Shown in pieces: positions 12,836 to 27,096 of a stretch of DNA of 64,000 bases (positions are counted from its first letter, which is position 1; each line of letters starts with the position of its first letter). The position numbers and the translations under genes are program-made. The notes below the pieces were generated by a model. It worked only from the letters and a program-made list of their open reading frames with translations, was not told where the DNA came from and made no database searches. The DNA is from Schmidtea polychroa. Lineage: Eukaryota. The DNA lies in assembly GCA_044892525.1 (NCBI GenBank), contig CM097885.1, positions 1,116,001 to 1,180,000 of the forward strand, given 5' to 3'.

Positions 12836-13260
12836 CCGATGACTCATCATATTTTTAGAACAAAGACAATGACTCATTAAGGTCATTCTATTTTTACTAA
12901 TAAAGACATCCATTTTTAGTAACATTTGAATCTATTTTTAGTAACATTTTTGAACAAAGACAATGATTTAACCGAGGACTCATCGTTTTTAGAACAATGA
13001 ATCAGCCGGTGACTAATCAGATTTTAAGAACGATGACTCATTCGATGACTCATCAAAATTTTAGAACAAAGACAAAGGCTCACCCAATGACTCATCACAT
13101 TTTTAGAACGATGACTCTTCATAGTTTTAGAACGATGATTCATACGGTGACTCATCATATTTTAAGAACAAATATAATGACTCATCATTATTTTAGAACG
13201 GTTACTCATTCGATGACTCGTCAAGGTCATTCTATTTTAAGTAACAAAAACATCTATTTT
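12836..13260. repeat. Degenerate tandem array rich in TGACTCA and TTTTAGAAC, preceded by (AAGGTC)4
   Basis: Repeated ATGACTCAT..TTTTAGAAC units; related in opposite orientation to array 33370-33910. Confidence 0.8.
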
Positions 13261-13389
13261 TAGTAACATTTCGATCCGATGTTTAATTATCGATAATAAT
13301 TTAATTTATCATTATTATTTGGAAAGATATTAACCCCCGCGTGGAAGATGTTATTTTCAAAATTATTATTATTATTTTCAAAGTTCTAT

Positions 13390-13457
<68 letters not shown>

Positions 13458-13946
13458 TGCAATTATTCATAAAACTTAATTTCTACATCAATTTCATGAT
13501 TTTCAACATTTTCATCATTTGCATGAATATTTTAATAATTTTCAATATTTTTCAATATTTTTTTACTATTATTATTATTTTAAATTATTATTTTTACAGT
13601 TATTTTGAAAGTTTTTCATCTTATTATTATTAATATTTTCAAAGTTATTTTCAAAGAATTATTATTATTATTTGCAAAGTTCTAATTATTATTTTTTTTA
13701 GAAGTTTCATTATTATTATTTACTTACATATTCATAAAACTTAATTTCTACGTCAATTTCATGATTCTCAACTATTTCATCATTTGCATTTTTTAATAAT
13801 TATCAATATTTTCATAATTTTCTACATTTTCAATATTTTCACGATTTTCATGATTTTCAACATTTTCATGATTATTTCAGGAACTTTTTCATCAAATATT
13901 GTTCAAAGTATTATTTTCAAAGAATTATTTTCAAAGTTTTAATCAA

Positions 13947-13986
<40 letters not shown>

Positions 13987-15477
13987 GAAAAACCTAAAAT
14001 ATTTTTTACACACACATACACAAATCATTAAACTTTATTATTATTATTATTATTATTATTAATATTATTATTATTATTATTATTGCAAATAATAGTCAAA
14101 AACATAAAATATTTTTACACACACACAACCCATTAACAGTTATTATTATCAATATTAATGAAAACCAAAAATAATTTTTACACACTAAGTTATGGGGTAG
14201 AGAATTATTATATGTTTGCAGTATTCTGTGTTTTCCTTTACAAGAAATTTTTGATAAGGAGCGAATAATTCAATTTTACATATACATTCTATATACACAT
14301 ACATTGTTTAACATGGGTGTATATACTCCTAGTCTATCCGACAAGATATTCTGTCCCCCTATGGGTATTGCTAGCAAGGGTACTACTCACATTCAACATG
14401 TCGCAAGGGTATATTAATTAAGGTTAGTAAATAAAACTTATAACACATACTATTTTTAATAATATTTAAACGATAAAAATCAAGACAAGAGAGGACAAGG
14501 CAAAGTTTATGCATTTAGTATTGCCAGGCCTAATGAGCAGTGACCAAATATCTGTGCCTGAAAGACACGGTGGATATTTGTTCGCGTCCACAAAGGTCGT
14601 GGAGTCAGAAGAACCTGGGCATTATAGTTTTCTGTACAGAACATTACGCCTAGCATGGGTAGTCAACTACCAGCACATTCGAAACGTATAAAATTACATT
14701 ACAAAATACATGCGTCATTGGCACTATGACCAAATTAATTAATGTTTTCACTAACAACAATATATATTTACAGAGGCCTCCCACTAGTTGGATTACAACC
14801 GCCCATCACGACGATCAGCTTCTAAATATATATTAATTAAGGGATAAAGAGCACCCAACCAACCCTATTATATTTAATTTACAAAGGGTTTCTCGCTCTT
14901 CTGCTGGTAATCTATCTCAAAATTATTAATAATAGTTAATAAAATGAGAAAAATATGGTCATTATTCATTGATAATTTTAAATTCTTTATCATTTGTAGT
15001 AAATTTGATTGAGGCAAAAATAATTAAAGGAGTCATAATAGAAATATGGTTAGAAATAGAAATAATTTTAGACCTTAATTTACTTAATTGAAATTTTAGA
15101 CCTTAATTTACTTAAGTTTAAAAATATATACCATAATTTACTGTAATTGAAAAATTTGGACCATAATTTACTGTAATTTAATTTTTTAGAACCATAATTT
15201 ACTGTAATTGAAAAATTCGAGCGACTAATTTATTGGTTAACTTTGCAGTCATTTAAAGCAAAACTTAATTTATTCATCTAATGTTCGTTACAATAGTTAA
15301 TAATATGAGAAAAATATGGTCATTATTGATTGATAATTTTAAATTCTTTATCATTTGGAGTAAATTTGTTTGAGGCAAAAATAATTAAAGGAGTCATAAT
15401 AGAAATATGGTTATCATTTAACCAATTAAGGGGCTTATTAGTTAGAAATATATATATTATAAAGTAACAATTATTTT

Positions 15478-16535
15478 TGTGTTTAAGGTATTCCTTGGTA
15501 ATATTTTTTTTAGAGTTGATGGTTTTTGTGAATTTTTATCATTTTCATGAATTTCATGTGGATAGAATGAATATTTAAAAATTTTAAGTTAGTTCTAAGA
15601 TAAATTTAATTAATTTCTTGATAATTGGATGCATTTTTATTGATTGGTTTTTTAATTTTAAATAAAAATTATTTTTATTGACAGTTAGGTTAATAATCAC
15701 GTGATAGGATATGACTTTGTAATAATATTTTTTTTCATATATTTTCTAAGAATTTCATGTAGATTTATTTAAAAATTTAAAGTTTTAATGACGATTTTAT
15801 TTGAATTTCTTGATAATTTGTTAAATTTTAAATAAAAATTAATTTTTTTTAATGACTGTTAGGTTAATAATTAAGTAATTGGTTTAATTTTAGATGACTT
15901 TGTAATGCATTTGACTAAATAATTTTTTTCAATAATTTTCTAAGAATATTAACACATTGATGAACTTTTTAAAAAAAAACATAAGCTAAGAAACCAGTTA
16001 ACCTTATAAAGAACTTTAAATTTACTTGATAATTTACAGAAATAATATACAAAATTTAATTTACAGAAATAATTTACAAAATAATAATACAGAAATTTAT
16101 GATTAAGTTTGGTTTTATGAACAATCAATATATATCATCTCTAGTTAGGTATTTGATAGGTGTAATATTTGTAGAAAATAATAAGTTTATTATGTCTTTG
16201 TTACATAACTCGAATTTAGCGTCAAAATGTGTTTTTAAAATAAATTTTAATTTTAAAATACCGCAATGTAATATATTAATTTTTTCTAACCTTCCTTGAT
16301 TTTGATTGGTTAGAATTTGTTACTATAAACAATAATAATCTATAAACAATAATAATCTATAAACAATAATCAATCATTAGTCAAATTTAACAAATAATTA
16401 ACCTTTAAAAATATTCTTTAATAGAAAACGTTATGAATGTTCGAGAAAAAATTCAGGAATTTGGTAAATTTTAATTTATTTATTAATTAATTTATTAATT
16501 AATTTAGATAATATTAATGAAGACAATTTAAAATC
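15478..16535 (+). repeat. Direct duplicate of ~19829-20870 (pPolB upstream region plus exon 1 and start of exon 2)
   Basis: Near-identical ~1.05 kb, including the twin short ORFs 16099 and 20451. Confidence 0.9.
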
Positions 16536-17162
16536 TTTATTTTTTCTTAAATTTTACATTTACATTATATTCTAAAAAGAGAGTTAATTATAACAATAAT
16601 ATTTCAATTTGTATAAAATTTTAATTAGTAATTATTCAATTTGAATAAAATATTTATTAGAAATTATTTAATTTATTATAAAATAAAACGCTGTGTTAAT
16701 TTTAAATAAACTGGATATTAATTTTTTGGAAAAAATAAATAAATAAAATAGTCTAAAAGGTTAAATTATGGTCTAAAATTTAAAATTTAAAAATTGAAAA
16801 TTGAAAATTAAAAACTAAACTAATCAAACTAAATCAAACGCTATAACCTTAATTCAAGAATTCACTAAAGTAGATCAGAAGATATTAATTATCAAAATGT
16901 AACAAAGACTCTGAAATTCATCAATTTCATCTAATGACCTGGTGATATTCAATACCATTCTCAAGAATGCTAAAGTCGGGAATTCTTTGAATTTACCAAT
17001 TTCATCTAACTATCCGGCGATATTCGATCCGATTCTATAAAGTATTTATCTTTGTAGTTGAATAAAAGTTTATTGTTGATTATAGTTTATCATTAATTAT
17101 TTTTTTGTTAGGGGTGTTAAAGAAAATACTTGACTGATTCATTTTTCTCAGATAAAATTTGT

Positions 17163-17510
17163 TCTGTAATCGGGAAATTCAAGAATGAGAATAAAGGAAA
17201 TCAATATAAAGAATGGGTGTTTCTTCGTCCCAAGTGCTACTCACTCCAAGGCGATAAAACACTCTAAAAGCCAAAGGAATAAGACTTACAAATTCTAATA
17301 TCACCCATGAAGCTTATAAAAAAAGTGTATACTGATGGTGGAACAGTGAGCATCCCATTAAAAAAGAATAGGAAGTGTCAATCATCAGTTGTATACTTTC
17401 ATGACAGAAAAACGAGCTCTCCAATGTTTGGACGATAAAAGGTATTGGTACAATTGTAATGAAAGCTATGCCTACGGTCACTATAAGATTCGTCACATGC
17501 ATATTGCAAC
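17163..17510 (+). pseudogene. C-terminal pPolB fragment (B), another divergent variant
   Basis: SVIGKFKNENKGNQYKEWVFLRPKCYSL, KAKGI, DDKRYW, YAYGHYK with frameshifts. Confidence 0.8.
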
Positions 17511-18176
17511 TTCTATGTCTAGAAATGAATGCAAATCGAAACAAGCACTTTAACAATTAAATTTATGTGAATAATAAAATATATATTGTGAATTATTTGA
17601 CTTCGTTAATTAAAATATGTTTTATCATTTAATAATTCATTTGTCCAATTAATTTAGATAATTAGTTTTAAGTAAGAATTATTATTTATCATGAAAAACT
17701 TTGCTTTGTTTTGAAAAATTAATGCCCATTTTATTTTAAATTAACACAGCTTTATTTTATGATTATTACTAATTAAAATTTTATTCAAATTGAAATATTA
17801 TTGTTACAATTTACACTCTTGTTAGAATATATTAAATGTAAATGTAAAATAATAACAATAAAAAAAAAATAATAATAATAATAAATAAATAAAAATTAAA
17901 TTAAAAAAAAAATTAATTAAATAACGTAAGTAATTAAAATAAAATATTAATAAATAATTAATTAATTAAATGTAATAAATTGAAAATTAACTAAAGTAAT
18001 TAATTAAAACAAAAAACATAATAAAATAATTAATTAATAAATTTAAAAAAAAAATTAAATAGTAGTAATTAAATAAATTTAAAAAAAAATAAATAGAAAT
18101 GATTCTATTGACCTATATTTGACCTGGACATTGGGATGACCTTGAAAGTGTCCTGGAGTCCTCACTATATACTACT

Positions 18177-19645
18177 AATTATAATCATAATTTTCTTTAA
18201 TTTAACCCTTTATTTACTTAATTTAGCCCTTGTTTACCGAATATAGAAGTTTAAAATATAGACCATTGATTACTTTAATTTAAAAATGTATCCCTTAATT
18301 TACATAATTTCCATCTAAAATTATTTCAAAAAAATTTTTTTTCTAAAATTGTCATTGAAAAATATTTCATAAAAGTTTTCATTTAAAATTTTCATTGAAA
18401 AATATTTCATAAAAATTTTTTTTAAAAATTATCTTAAAAATTATTCCATAAAAATTTTCATTAAAAAATTTCAATTCTCAAACACCTTCTATTATTTTGT
18501 TAATAAATTTAAAATCTTACTTTAATTTGCTTATTACATTACTTATTTAAAAATTATTACTTTAATTTACTTATTTAAAATATTTGACCATTGATTACTT
18601 AATTTAAAAATTTGGACCTTAATTAACTTTAATTTAATTTTTTAGAACCTTCATTTACTTTAATTTTAAATTTTGACCCTTAATTAACTTTAATTCAAAA
18701 TTTGGACATTAATTGAAAATTTTAGACCATACTTTTCCATAAAATTGTCATTGAAAAAATTTTCATTTCTCAGGCGCCGTTTAGTAGGTGGTTAGGAGCC
18801 CGCTTCAAATGCAAGCCGTTTTTTTGCTGCAACATTTGATTGCGCAATTGTTGCAACTTGTTTTTTTTTCTATTGAAAATACTAGAAAAGAAAAATAATC
18901 GTAGCTTACTGTACAACAAAAAAAATGAGTTGCAACAATTGCGTAATCAAAATTTGCAGCAAAAAAAAAGTTGCCGCAGACCCCCTCCCCCCCCTAAAAT
19001 TTTCAATTAAAGTCTAAAATTTTCAATTAAGTAATTAAGGTCTAAATATCTCAATTACAGTAAATTATGGTTCTAAAAAATTAAATTACAGTAAATTATG
19101 GTCCAAATATTCAAAAACAGTAAATTATGGTATATATTTTTAAACTTAAGTAAATTAAGGTCTAAAATTTTCAATTAAAGTAAATTAAGGTACAAATTTT
19201 GAATTAAAGTTAATTAAGGGTCAAAATTTAAAATTAAAGTAAATTAAGGTTCTAAAAAATTAAATTAAAGTTAATTAAGGTCCAAATTTTTAAATTAAGT
19301 AATCAATGGTCAAATATTTTAAATAAGTAAATTAAAGTAATAATTTTTAAATAAGTAATGTAATAAGCAAATTAAAGTAAGATTTTAAATTTATTAACAA
19401 AATAATAGAAGGTGTTTGAGAATTGAAATTTTTTAATGAAAATTTTTATGAAATATTTTTCAATGACAATTTTAGAAAAAAAAATTTTTGAAATAATTTT
19501 AGATGGAAATTATTTAAATTAAGGGATACATTTTTAAATTAAAGTAATCAATGATCTATATTTTAAACTTCTATATTCGGTAAACAAGGACTAAATTAAG
19601 TAAATAAAGGGTTAAATTAAAGAAAATTATGATTATAATTATAAT
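18177..19645. repeat. Foldback-like long inverted repeat built of ~30-bp subrepeats, with an inner ~40-bp inverted repeat
   Basis: ~18177-18715 is the reverse complement of ~19170-19645; inner arms ~18819-18859 / ~18928-18968. Confidence 0.8.
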
Positions 19646-20770
19646 TAGATTTAAAGAATAATTACCTTTTCATTTAACACTACAGTGTTAATTCTTACCA
19701 TTTTAGAATAATATTTTTTATCAAAGTTCTTATCTTGATTTATTTAATTTTAATTGAAAGTAATGACGAAATAGAACGTGTTGTCTTCAATTTTAATGAA
19801 TTAATTTGAAAGATTATTTAGATAAATATTTGTGTTTAAGGTATTCCTTAGTAATATTTTTTTTAGAGTTGATGGTTTTTGTGAATTTTTATCATTTTCA
19901 TGAATTTCATGTGGATAGAATGAATATTTAAAAATTTTAAGTTAGTTCTAAGATAAATTTAATTAATTTCTTGATAATTGGATGCATTTTTATTGATTGG
20001 TTTTTTAATTTTAAATAAAAATTATTTTTAATGACAGTTAGGTTAATAATCACGTGATAGGATATGACTTTGTAATTATTTTTTTTTCATATATTTTCTA
20101 AGAATTTCATGTAGATTTATTTAAAAATTTAAAGTTTTAATGACGATTTTAATTGAATTTCTTGATAATTTGCTAAATTTTAAATAAAAATTAATTTTTT
20201 TTTAATGACTGTTAGGTTAATAATTAAGTAATTGGTTTAATTTTAGATGACTTTGTAATGCATTTGACTAAATAATTTTTTTCAATAATTTTCTAAGAAT
20301 ATTAACACACTGATGAACTTTTTTAAAAAAAAATATGCTAAGAAACCAGTTAACCTTATCAAGAACTTTAAATTTACTTGATAATTTACAGAAATAATAT
20401 ACAAAATTTAATTTACAGAAATTATTTACAAAATAATAATACAGAAATTTATGATTAAGTTTGCTTTTATGAACAATCAATATATATCATTTCTAGTTAG
20501 GTATTTGATAGGTGAAATATTTGTAGTAAATAATAAGTTTATTATGTCTTTGTTACATAACTCGACTTTAGCGTCAAAATGTGTTTTTAAAATAAATTTT
20601 AATTTTAAAATACCGCAATGTAATATATTAATTTTTTCCTAACCTTCCTTGATTTTGATTGGTTAGAATTTGTTCCTATAAACAATAATAATCTATAAAC
20701 AATAATCAATCATTAGTCACATTTAACAAATAATTAACCTTTAAAAATGAATTCTTTAATAGAAAACGTT

Positions 20771-22335
20771 ATGAATGTTCGAGAAAAAATTCAGGAATTT
20801 GGTAAATTTTAATTTATTTATTAATTAATTTATTAATTAATTTAGATAATATTAATGAAGACAATTTAAAATCGAAGATTAAAGGAAATTTGAAAAGAAA
20901 AAGTAAACATAATTTTTAATTTATTAATTTAATTAATTAATAATTTAGGTAATACGAATAAAGAGAAAAAATATGTCAATGTGTCAATAAATCGAAATGG
21001 AAATTTACAATGTAAGTATTGATTACTTTTTATAATTTAAAGGAAATTTAATATAATTTTTTATTTAAGTAAATGTTAATATTTTTAATTTAGTAAATTT
21101 TTATTTTTTAGTAAATAAAATTTGTAAAATAATAATAATTTGCAAATTTTTGCGTAAACATTTATTAAAATCTTTCATTTAAATTATATATTTTTATTAA
21201 ATTTTTATTTTATAGGTATACTTTATCCAAATTATTGTTCATCGAAAAAACATGATAATAATTGCCATTCTATAATGGAGAATTATTACACGAAAAAATA
21301 TTATAATAAAACTTATTTTATATGTCCCGTATGTAAGACTAGTGACCCTGTAACATATAGCGTTTTTTATAATAAACATAAAAATCATTTAGATAGGTTT
21401 AATTTTAAAAAAGATAGTGTTTTTAAAAGACCATCAACTATAGAAAAAAATAATACAAATAAAAAAATTAAATTAGATACTTCTTCTTTTGAATCCCAGG
21501 TCGGATTAGAGGTTGAATCCCAGGCTGGATTGCCTTTTGTTGAATCCCAGGTCGGATTGGTTGTTGAATTCAATGATGGATTATTCACTTCCTTTGATTC
21601 TTGGGATGGATTAAATATAATACAAATAGGTGGAAATGTATCGACAATACAAAGAGATTTAAGAGGTACCCATCAAATATTAAGTTTAAATACTAGCGAC
21701 TTAAATATAAAAGAAATAATATTTCCTGAACAACTAATAATAAAATTACGAGATATTATTAACGAATTAGGATCCGTCAAAATTCAATTCGGAATAACAA
21801 TCGAATTTGAAAAAGACGGGTAAATAAAGGTTAATAATATCTCAAATTACGCAAAACCTTTAACTGCATCATTTTTTGATCAAGGCATTAAGGAACTAAA
21901 TGAGAAAATAACTAATATTACAAAGTTAGGAAGCAATTGGATTATAAAAAATATAACAGAAATCCACTTTACTATAACAAAAATAAGTAGGTTAAGTAGA
22001 TTAAGTGGTAGGAGTTTCATTGAAACACCTACTTATCTATAAAATAAATATTGTTTAATTAATATAAAAAACACTGATGATTCATGTTTTTTATATAGCA
22101 TTTTAGCTATTTTAAAATATGATGAAGTTAGTAGTTATGCTAGAAATAGGACATCGAGTTATAATTTATCCGACTTAGTATATAACCCGTTAGAATTACC
22201 TATGAAATTTAAAGACATTAGGAAATTTGAATCTAAAAATTCGGGTTTAATAATTAATGTTTTTTCATATGATAATAGCAAATAATTAACTGATAAATAT
22301 GTATTAAAACATCCACATTTAGATATTATACATCC
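20771..22335 (+). pseudogene. Spliced pPolB 5' portion (copy C); exons 20771-20801, 20846-20902, 20949-21011, 21216-
   Basis: Three GT-AG phase-1 introns give a continuous frame into ORF 21275-21823; stops downstream; INIKNTDDSCFLYSILA motif. Confidence 0.75.
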
Positions 22336-22369
22336 CAAAAACGCCATCGCTCTGATAGACAACTTACCC

Positions 22370-24474
22370 GTAAAGGCAAAGAATTCAATGTTTGACTGCT
22401 TTAGCTAAAGAATCATTAACAAATTCAAAAGAATCAATTCTTTTGCCTAATTGCGCAATCAAAGAAATAAATTTTTCAGTCGTTATTGGGATGCAACCTT
22501 AAGTCTAAATTTTAAATTTATTTAATCCGTATTTAAGTATATGATGCATATCGTATCCCTTCAAGTTGTGAAATACGATAGGCAAAATTTTATTTATTTT
22601 CTTATTTTTGTTATATGTGCTACAAGCTGCATCCAAATATTTCCCCGTAAAATGATCGTGATCTCTAACAGGATCAACGATAGATTTCATACAAAGATAA
22701 CAAACAGATGCACTAACAAATTGACGTTGTTTAATTTTCGTTAATTTAATCATAGGTTTCCTACCCATTTTATAATAAAAAGGAAGAACCTTATTTAATG
22801 CTATATCCTCTATAGCACTTAAAAAACTTTCGACGCAATCTAAACCTATGAACTGTTGATAAGATTTAGATACGTCAAAGTTATTTACAAGTAAAAGACC
22901 AGCAGATATTGTCATGTGTCGTTGGAAATGAACATTATCAGAAGGTAAAATAGCCTCAAAATCGGCATCAACTACAAAAGGAGGAGTTACTGTTTTCGAC
23001 CAGTCAGTAAACTGCAGTAATTTATTTTGAGGGAAAGTGTAAAGAGTTGTTCCTAATTGATTACGTTTACATAATATTTCATGTTTTTCCAGTGCGTGTT
23101 TGTACCTAAACATATTCAAACACCGATGGCACCATAATGAACGTATGCGTGTAGGACAACTAGTGTTGATACCACAATTCAGTAACCTATTTAAATTACT
23201 TATAGCAACGTAATGGAAATTGTTTCCTTTATTTAAAAGTAGTAAATTAATTACAGTTCCATTTAAAACTTTGGAACGATGTATAATATCTAAATGTGGA
23301 TGTTTTAATACATAATTATCAATTAATTGTTTGCTATTATCATATGAAAAAAAATTAATTATTAAACCCGAATTTTTAGATTCAAATTTCCTAATGTCTT
23401 TTAATTTCATACGTAATTCTAACGGGTCGTATACTAAGTCAGATAAATTATAACTCGATGTCCTATCTCTAGCATAACTACTAACTTCATCATATTTTAA
23501 AATAGCTAAAATGCTATATAAAAAACATGAATCATCAGTGTTTTTTATATTAATTAAACGATATTTATTTTTTAGATAAGTAGGTGTTTCAATGAAACTC
23601 CTACTACTTAATCTACTTAACCTACTTATTTTTGTTATGGTGAAATGTATTTCAGTAATATTTTTTATATTCCAACTGCTTCCTAACTCAGTAATATTAG
23701 TAATTTTCTCATTTAATTCTTTAATGCCTTCATCAAAAAATGATGCAGTTAAAGGCTTTGCCAAATTTGAGATATTATTAACCTTTATTTCCCCGTCTTT
23801 TTCAAATTCGATTGTTATTCCGAATTGAATTTTGACGGAGCCTTATTCGTTAATAATATCTCGTAATTTTATTATTAGTTGTTCAGGAAATATTACTTCT
23901 TTTATATTTAAGTCGCTGTATTTAGGCTTAATATTTGATGGGTACCCCTTAAATCTCTTTGTGCTGTCGGTACATTTCCACCTATTTGTATTATATTTAA
24001 TCCATCCCAAGAATCAAAGGAAGTGAATAATCCATCATTGTATTCAACAACCAATCCGACCTGGGATTCAACAAAAGGCAATCCGACCTGGGATTCAACA
24101 ACCAATCCATCATTGGATTCAACAAAAGGCAATCCGACCTGGGATTCAACAAAAGACAATCCGTCCTGGAATTCAACCTCTAATCCGACCTGGGATTCAA
24201 AAGAAGAAGTATCTAATTTAATTTTTTTATTTGTATTATTTTTTTCTATAGTTGATGGTCTTTTAAAAACACTATCTTTTTTAAAATTAAACCTATCTAA
24301 ATGATTTTTATGTTTATTATAAAAAACGCTATATGTTACAGGGTCACTAGTCTTACATACGGGACATATAAAATAAGTTTTATTATAATATTTTTTCGTG
24401 TAGTAATTCTCCATTATAGAAATGGCAATTATTATCATGTTCTTTCGATGAACAATAATTTGGATAAAGTATAC
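22370..24474 (-). pseudogene. pPolB copy D (N-terminal region, Exo I, endonuclease VII-like insert, Exo II)
   Basis: INIKNTDDSCFLYSIL, HYVAISNLNRLL, CHRCL, (D)ADFEAIL, CYLC..RDHDHFTGKY..AAC, VFHNLKGYDMH; frameshifts. Confidence 0.88.
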
Positions 24475-24489
24475 CTATAAAATAAAAAT

Positions 24490-25275
24490 TTAAATAACGT
24501 CATCGATATCGATATCATATTCTCCAAAATCTTCTCCAACATCTTCAATAAATTCTTCCTTATCTTCTCCAACATTTTCATCAAATTCATCTCCAACAAT
24601 TTCTCCAACATTTTCTCCAACAATTTCTCCAACATTTTCGCCAATATTTAATTCACTTAATCTTACATGCCTATATGCAAGACTAGTATTTTTCCCCACC
24701 CAAACCCTTTTGTCATCTTTGTTAGTTAGTGCTATTTTATTATTTTTAATTGTAAAAATTTGATGATTTTTGTTTGTTAATTTTGTTTGAGGAATCGAAA
24801 AAATTTGATTAGTTTTATAACAATCCAGGTATGACTGATGTTTTATGTCACTACCTTTCAATGTTACACCTTTAGCCTTTTTTGTTTCTTCATCACCCAA
24901 CAAGCTATAACACTTGGGTCTAAGAAAAACCCATTCCTTATATTTAAGACCTTTATTCTCGTCTTTGAACTATCCAATGACAGAATCAAGGTTCTTACTA
25001 TATAACGAATGACAACTTTTGTAATCGAAGTATGTAATAAATTATCTCGAATCATTGCAGGTAAAAGAACCTCAAGTTTACAGTTAATGACTTCGAGGAA
25101 AAAAGAGTCTGTATCACCTGCAACGATATTAATTTTATTAACAAATTGATAAAAATCAATGAATCTTAAGCTTATTTTGCCTAAATGCGCAATCAAAGAA
25201 ATAAATTTTTCAGTCGTGATTGGGATGCAACCTAAAGTCCAATTTTTAAATTTGTTTAAACCATATTTAAGAATA
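24490..25275 (-). pseudogene. pPolB copy E (C-terminal part with large internal deletion)
   Basis: RFID.YQFVN fused to KINIVAGDTDS; KKAKGV, DDKR, acidic tail. Confidence 0.85.
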
Positions 25276-25762
25276 AAATTTTATGTATCCTTTCCTTTGT
25301 TGTTGTGATTATTATTATTATTATTAATATTATTATTATTATTATTATTAATATTATTATTATTAATATTATTATTATTAATATTATTAATATTATTATT
25401 ATTATTATTAATATTATTATTATTGTGAAAAATATTATTATTTTTAATTAATTTTATTATTATTCGAATAAATATTATTATTTGTAACATAAAGACTGCC
25501 TTTGCCTGAAGCATGCACAGTGCAAGTTAACAAAGGCATGACTAACAAAGACAGTCACATGTAATTTTGAGTGATTTACATTACATACATGCATGCGTGT
25601 GATTGGTTGAGAGAGTAAAATATTCAATGTATATGTGTGTGTGTCTATATTCTCATTGGCTGGGACAGGAAAATATTCATTCTCTTTATAAACATTGACA
25701 AATCTAAAATTTGTCACAATTATTTTGAAATTTTGAAAATCAATTTGAAAAAAAAAACCAAA

Positions 25763-27014
25763 ATGGAAACCAACAATAATAATAATAATCGAGTATTGAG
25801 AGGTCTTTTGACTAACGGTAAATTATTATTATTTTTATTCGATTTTTATTATATTTTATTCTAGGACCGTTCGACTGGTATGAAGTTACCGAAAACGATG
25901 CCATTTTAAATGTGGAAAATATCTTTGGTAAATTTAATATTTTAATTTTTATTAAATTAATTTTCATTACAGAAAATGATAATAGCGACGATGATGTCGT
26001 TTTTCTTGGTCAAACGGCTGCCCCAGTTATTGATGTTGGGCAAAACAATGTTTTCAAAGAAAAAAGTACATTTATTTTATTTTAATTTTTATTAAATTAA
26101 TTTTCATTACAGAAAATGAAAATAGCGACGATGATGTCGTTTTTCTTGGACAAAGTGATGCCCCAGTTAATGATGTTGGGCAAAACAAGGTTATCAAAGA
26201 AAAAAGTAAATTTTTTTTACTTTAGTAATTTATTTTTAAAAATTTTATTTTTTAGCGTTTAATGTTTCAAATGCCCCTTATTTCAATGTCGACATCGATG
26301 AAGACGAAAATAATAATAGTATGGAAGATTTTATGGAAAATGACTCTTCAAAGGTATCGGAAAATGAGTCTTCTGATGTGGTGGACCGAATTCCTCATGA
26401 CTCTTCGGAGGATGATTCTGACATTGAATCACAATGTAAGATATATTTATTTATTTTATATATATATATTTTTTTTTTGATATTAAAATTTCGTAAACAC
26501 TTTTTTAAATATTTTTGATGAAAATTTCTTAAATATTTTGATGAACCTTTTGATCAAACTTATGAAGAAAATGAATTATGAATTTATGAAGAAAATGATT
26601 TATGCCCAAATTATGAAGAAAATGATTTATGCCCAAATTATGATGATTTATGATTTATGCCCAAATTATGAAGAAAATGATTTATGCCCAAATTATGATG
26701 ATTTATGATTTATGCCAAAATTATGAAGAAAATGATTTATGCCCAAATTATGAAGAAAATGATTTATGCCCAAATTATGATGATTTATGATTTATGACCA
26801 AAATTATGATGAAAATTATGATGAAAATGATTTATGACCAAAATTATGATGAAAATATGACCAAAATTATGATGAAAATGATGAAAATATGACGAAAATT
26901 ATGAAGAAAATACTATGTTTTTGAAATATAATCAAAGTATTTAAAAAAGTGATTACAAAATTATAGTTATAAAATAAATCCTTGTAGTTTGCAATGTGCA
27001 TCTACAATAGTTAA

Positions 27015-27096
<82 letters not shown>

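Larger units (their letters stand above)
12061..18176. mobile_element. Internally deleted Polinton-derived element with long terminal inverted repeats
   Basis: Left end AATAGTATATAGTGAGGACTCCAG..; right end reverse complement AGTAGTATATAGTGAGGACTCCAG..; inverted homology ~12061-12560 vs ~17760-18176; pPolB fragment inside. Confidence 0.65.

Noticed and set aside
12997..13263. ORFs in repeats (12997, 33243, 33433, 7960, 25281, 33057, 24435, 34158, 37154)
   Set aside because: Translations of tandem repeats, microsatellites or alternative frames
14500..14900. GC-richer island, possible gene remnant (also 11400-11700)
   Set aside because: No frame gave a recognisable protein; left uncalled
16099..16299. 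Twin short ORFs (also 20451-20642)
   Set aside because: Similarity is due to a recent duplication; AT-rich with no recognisable protein features
12055..18182. 6-bp TSD around the TIR-bounded element (CATTAG vs AATTAT)
   Set aside because: Only 4/6 match in AT-rich DNA; not evidence
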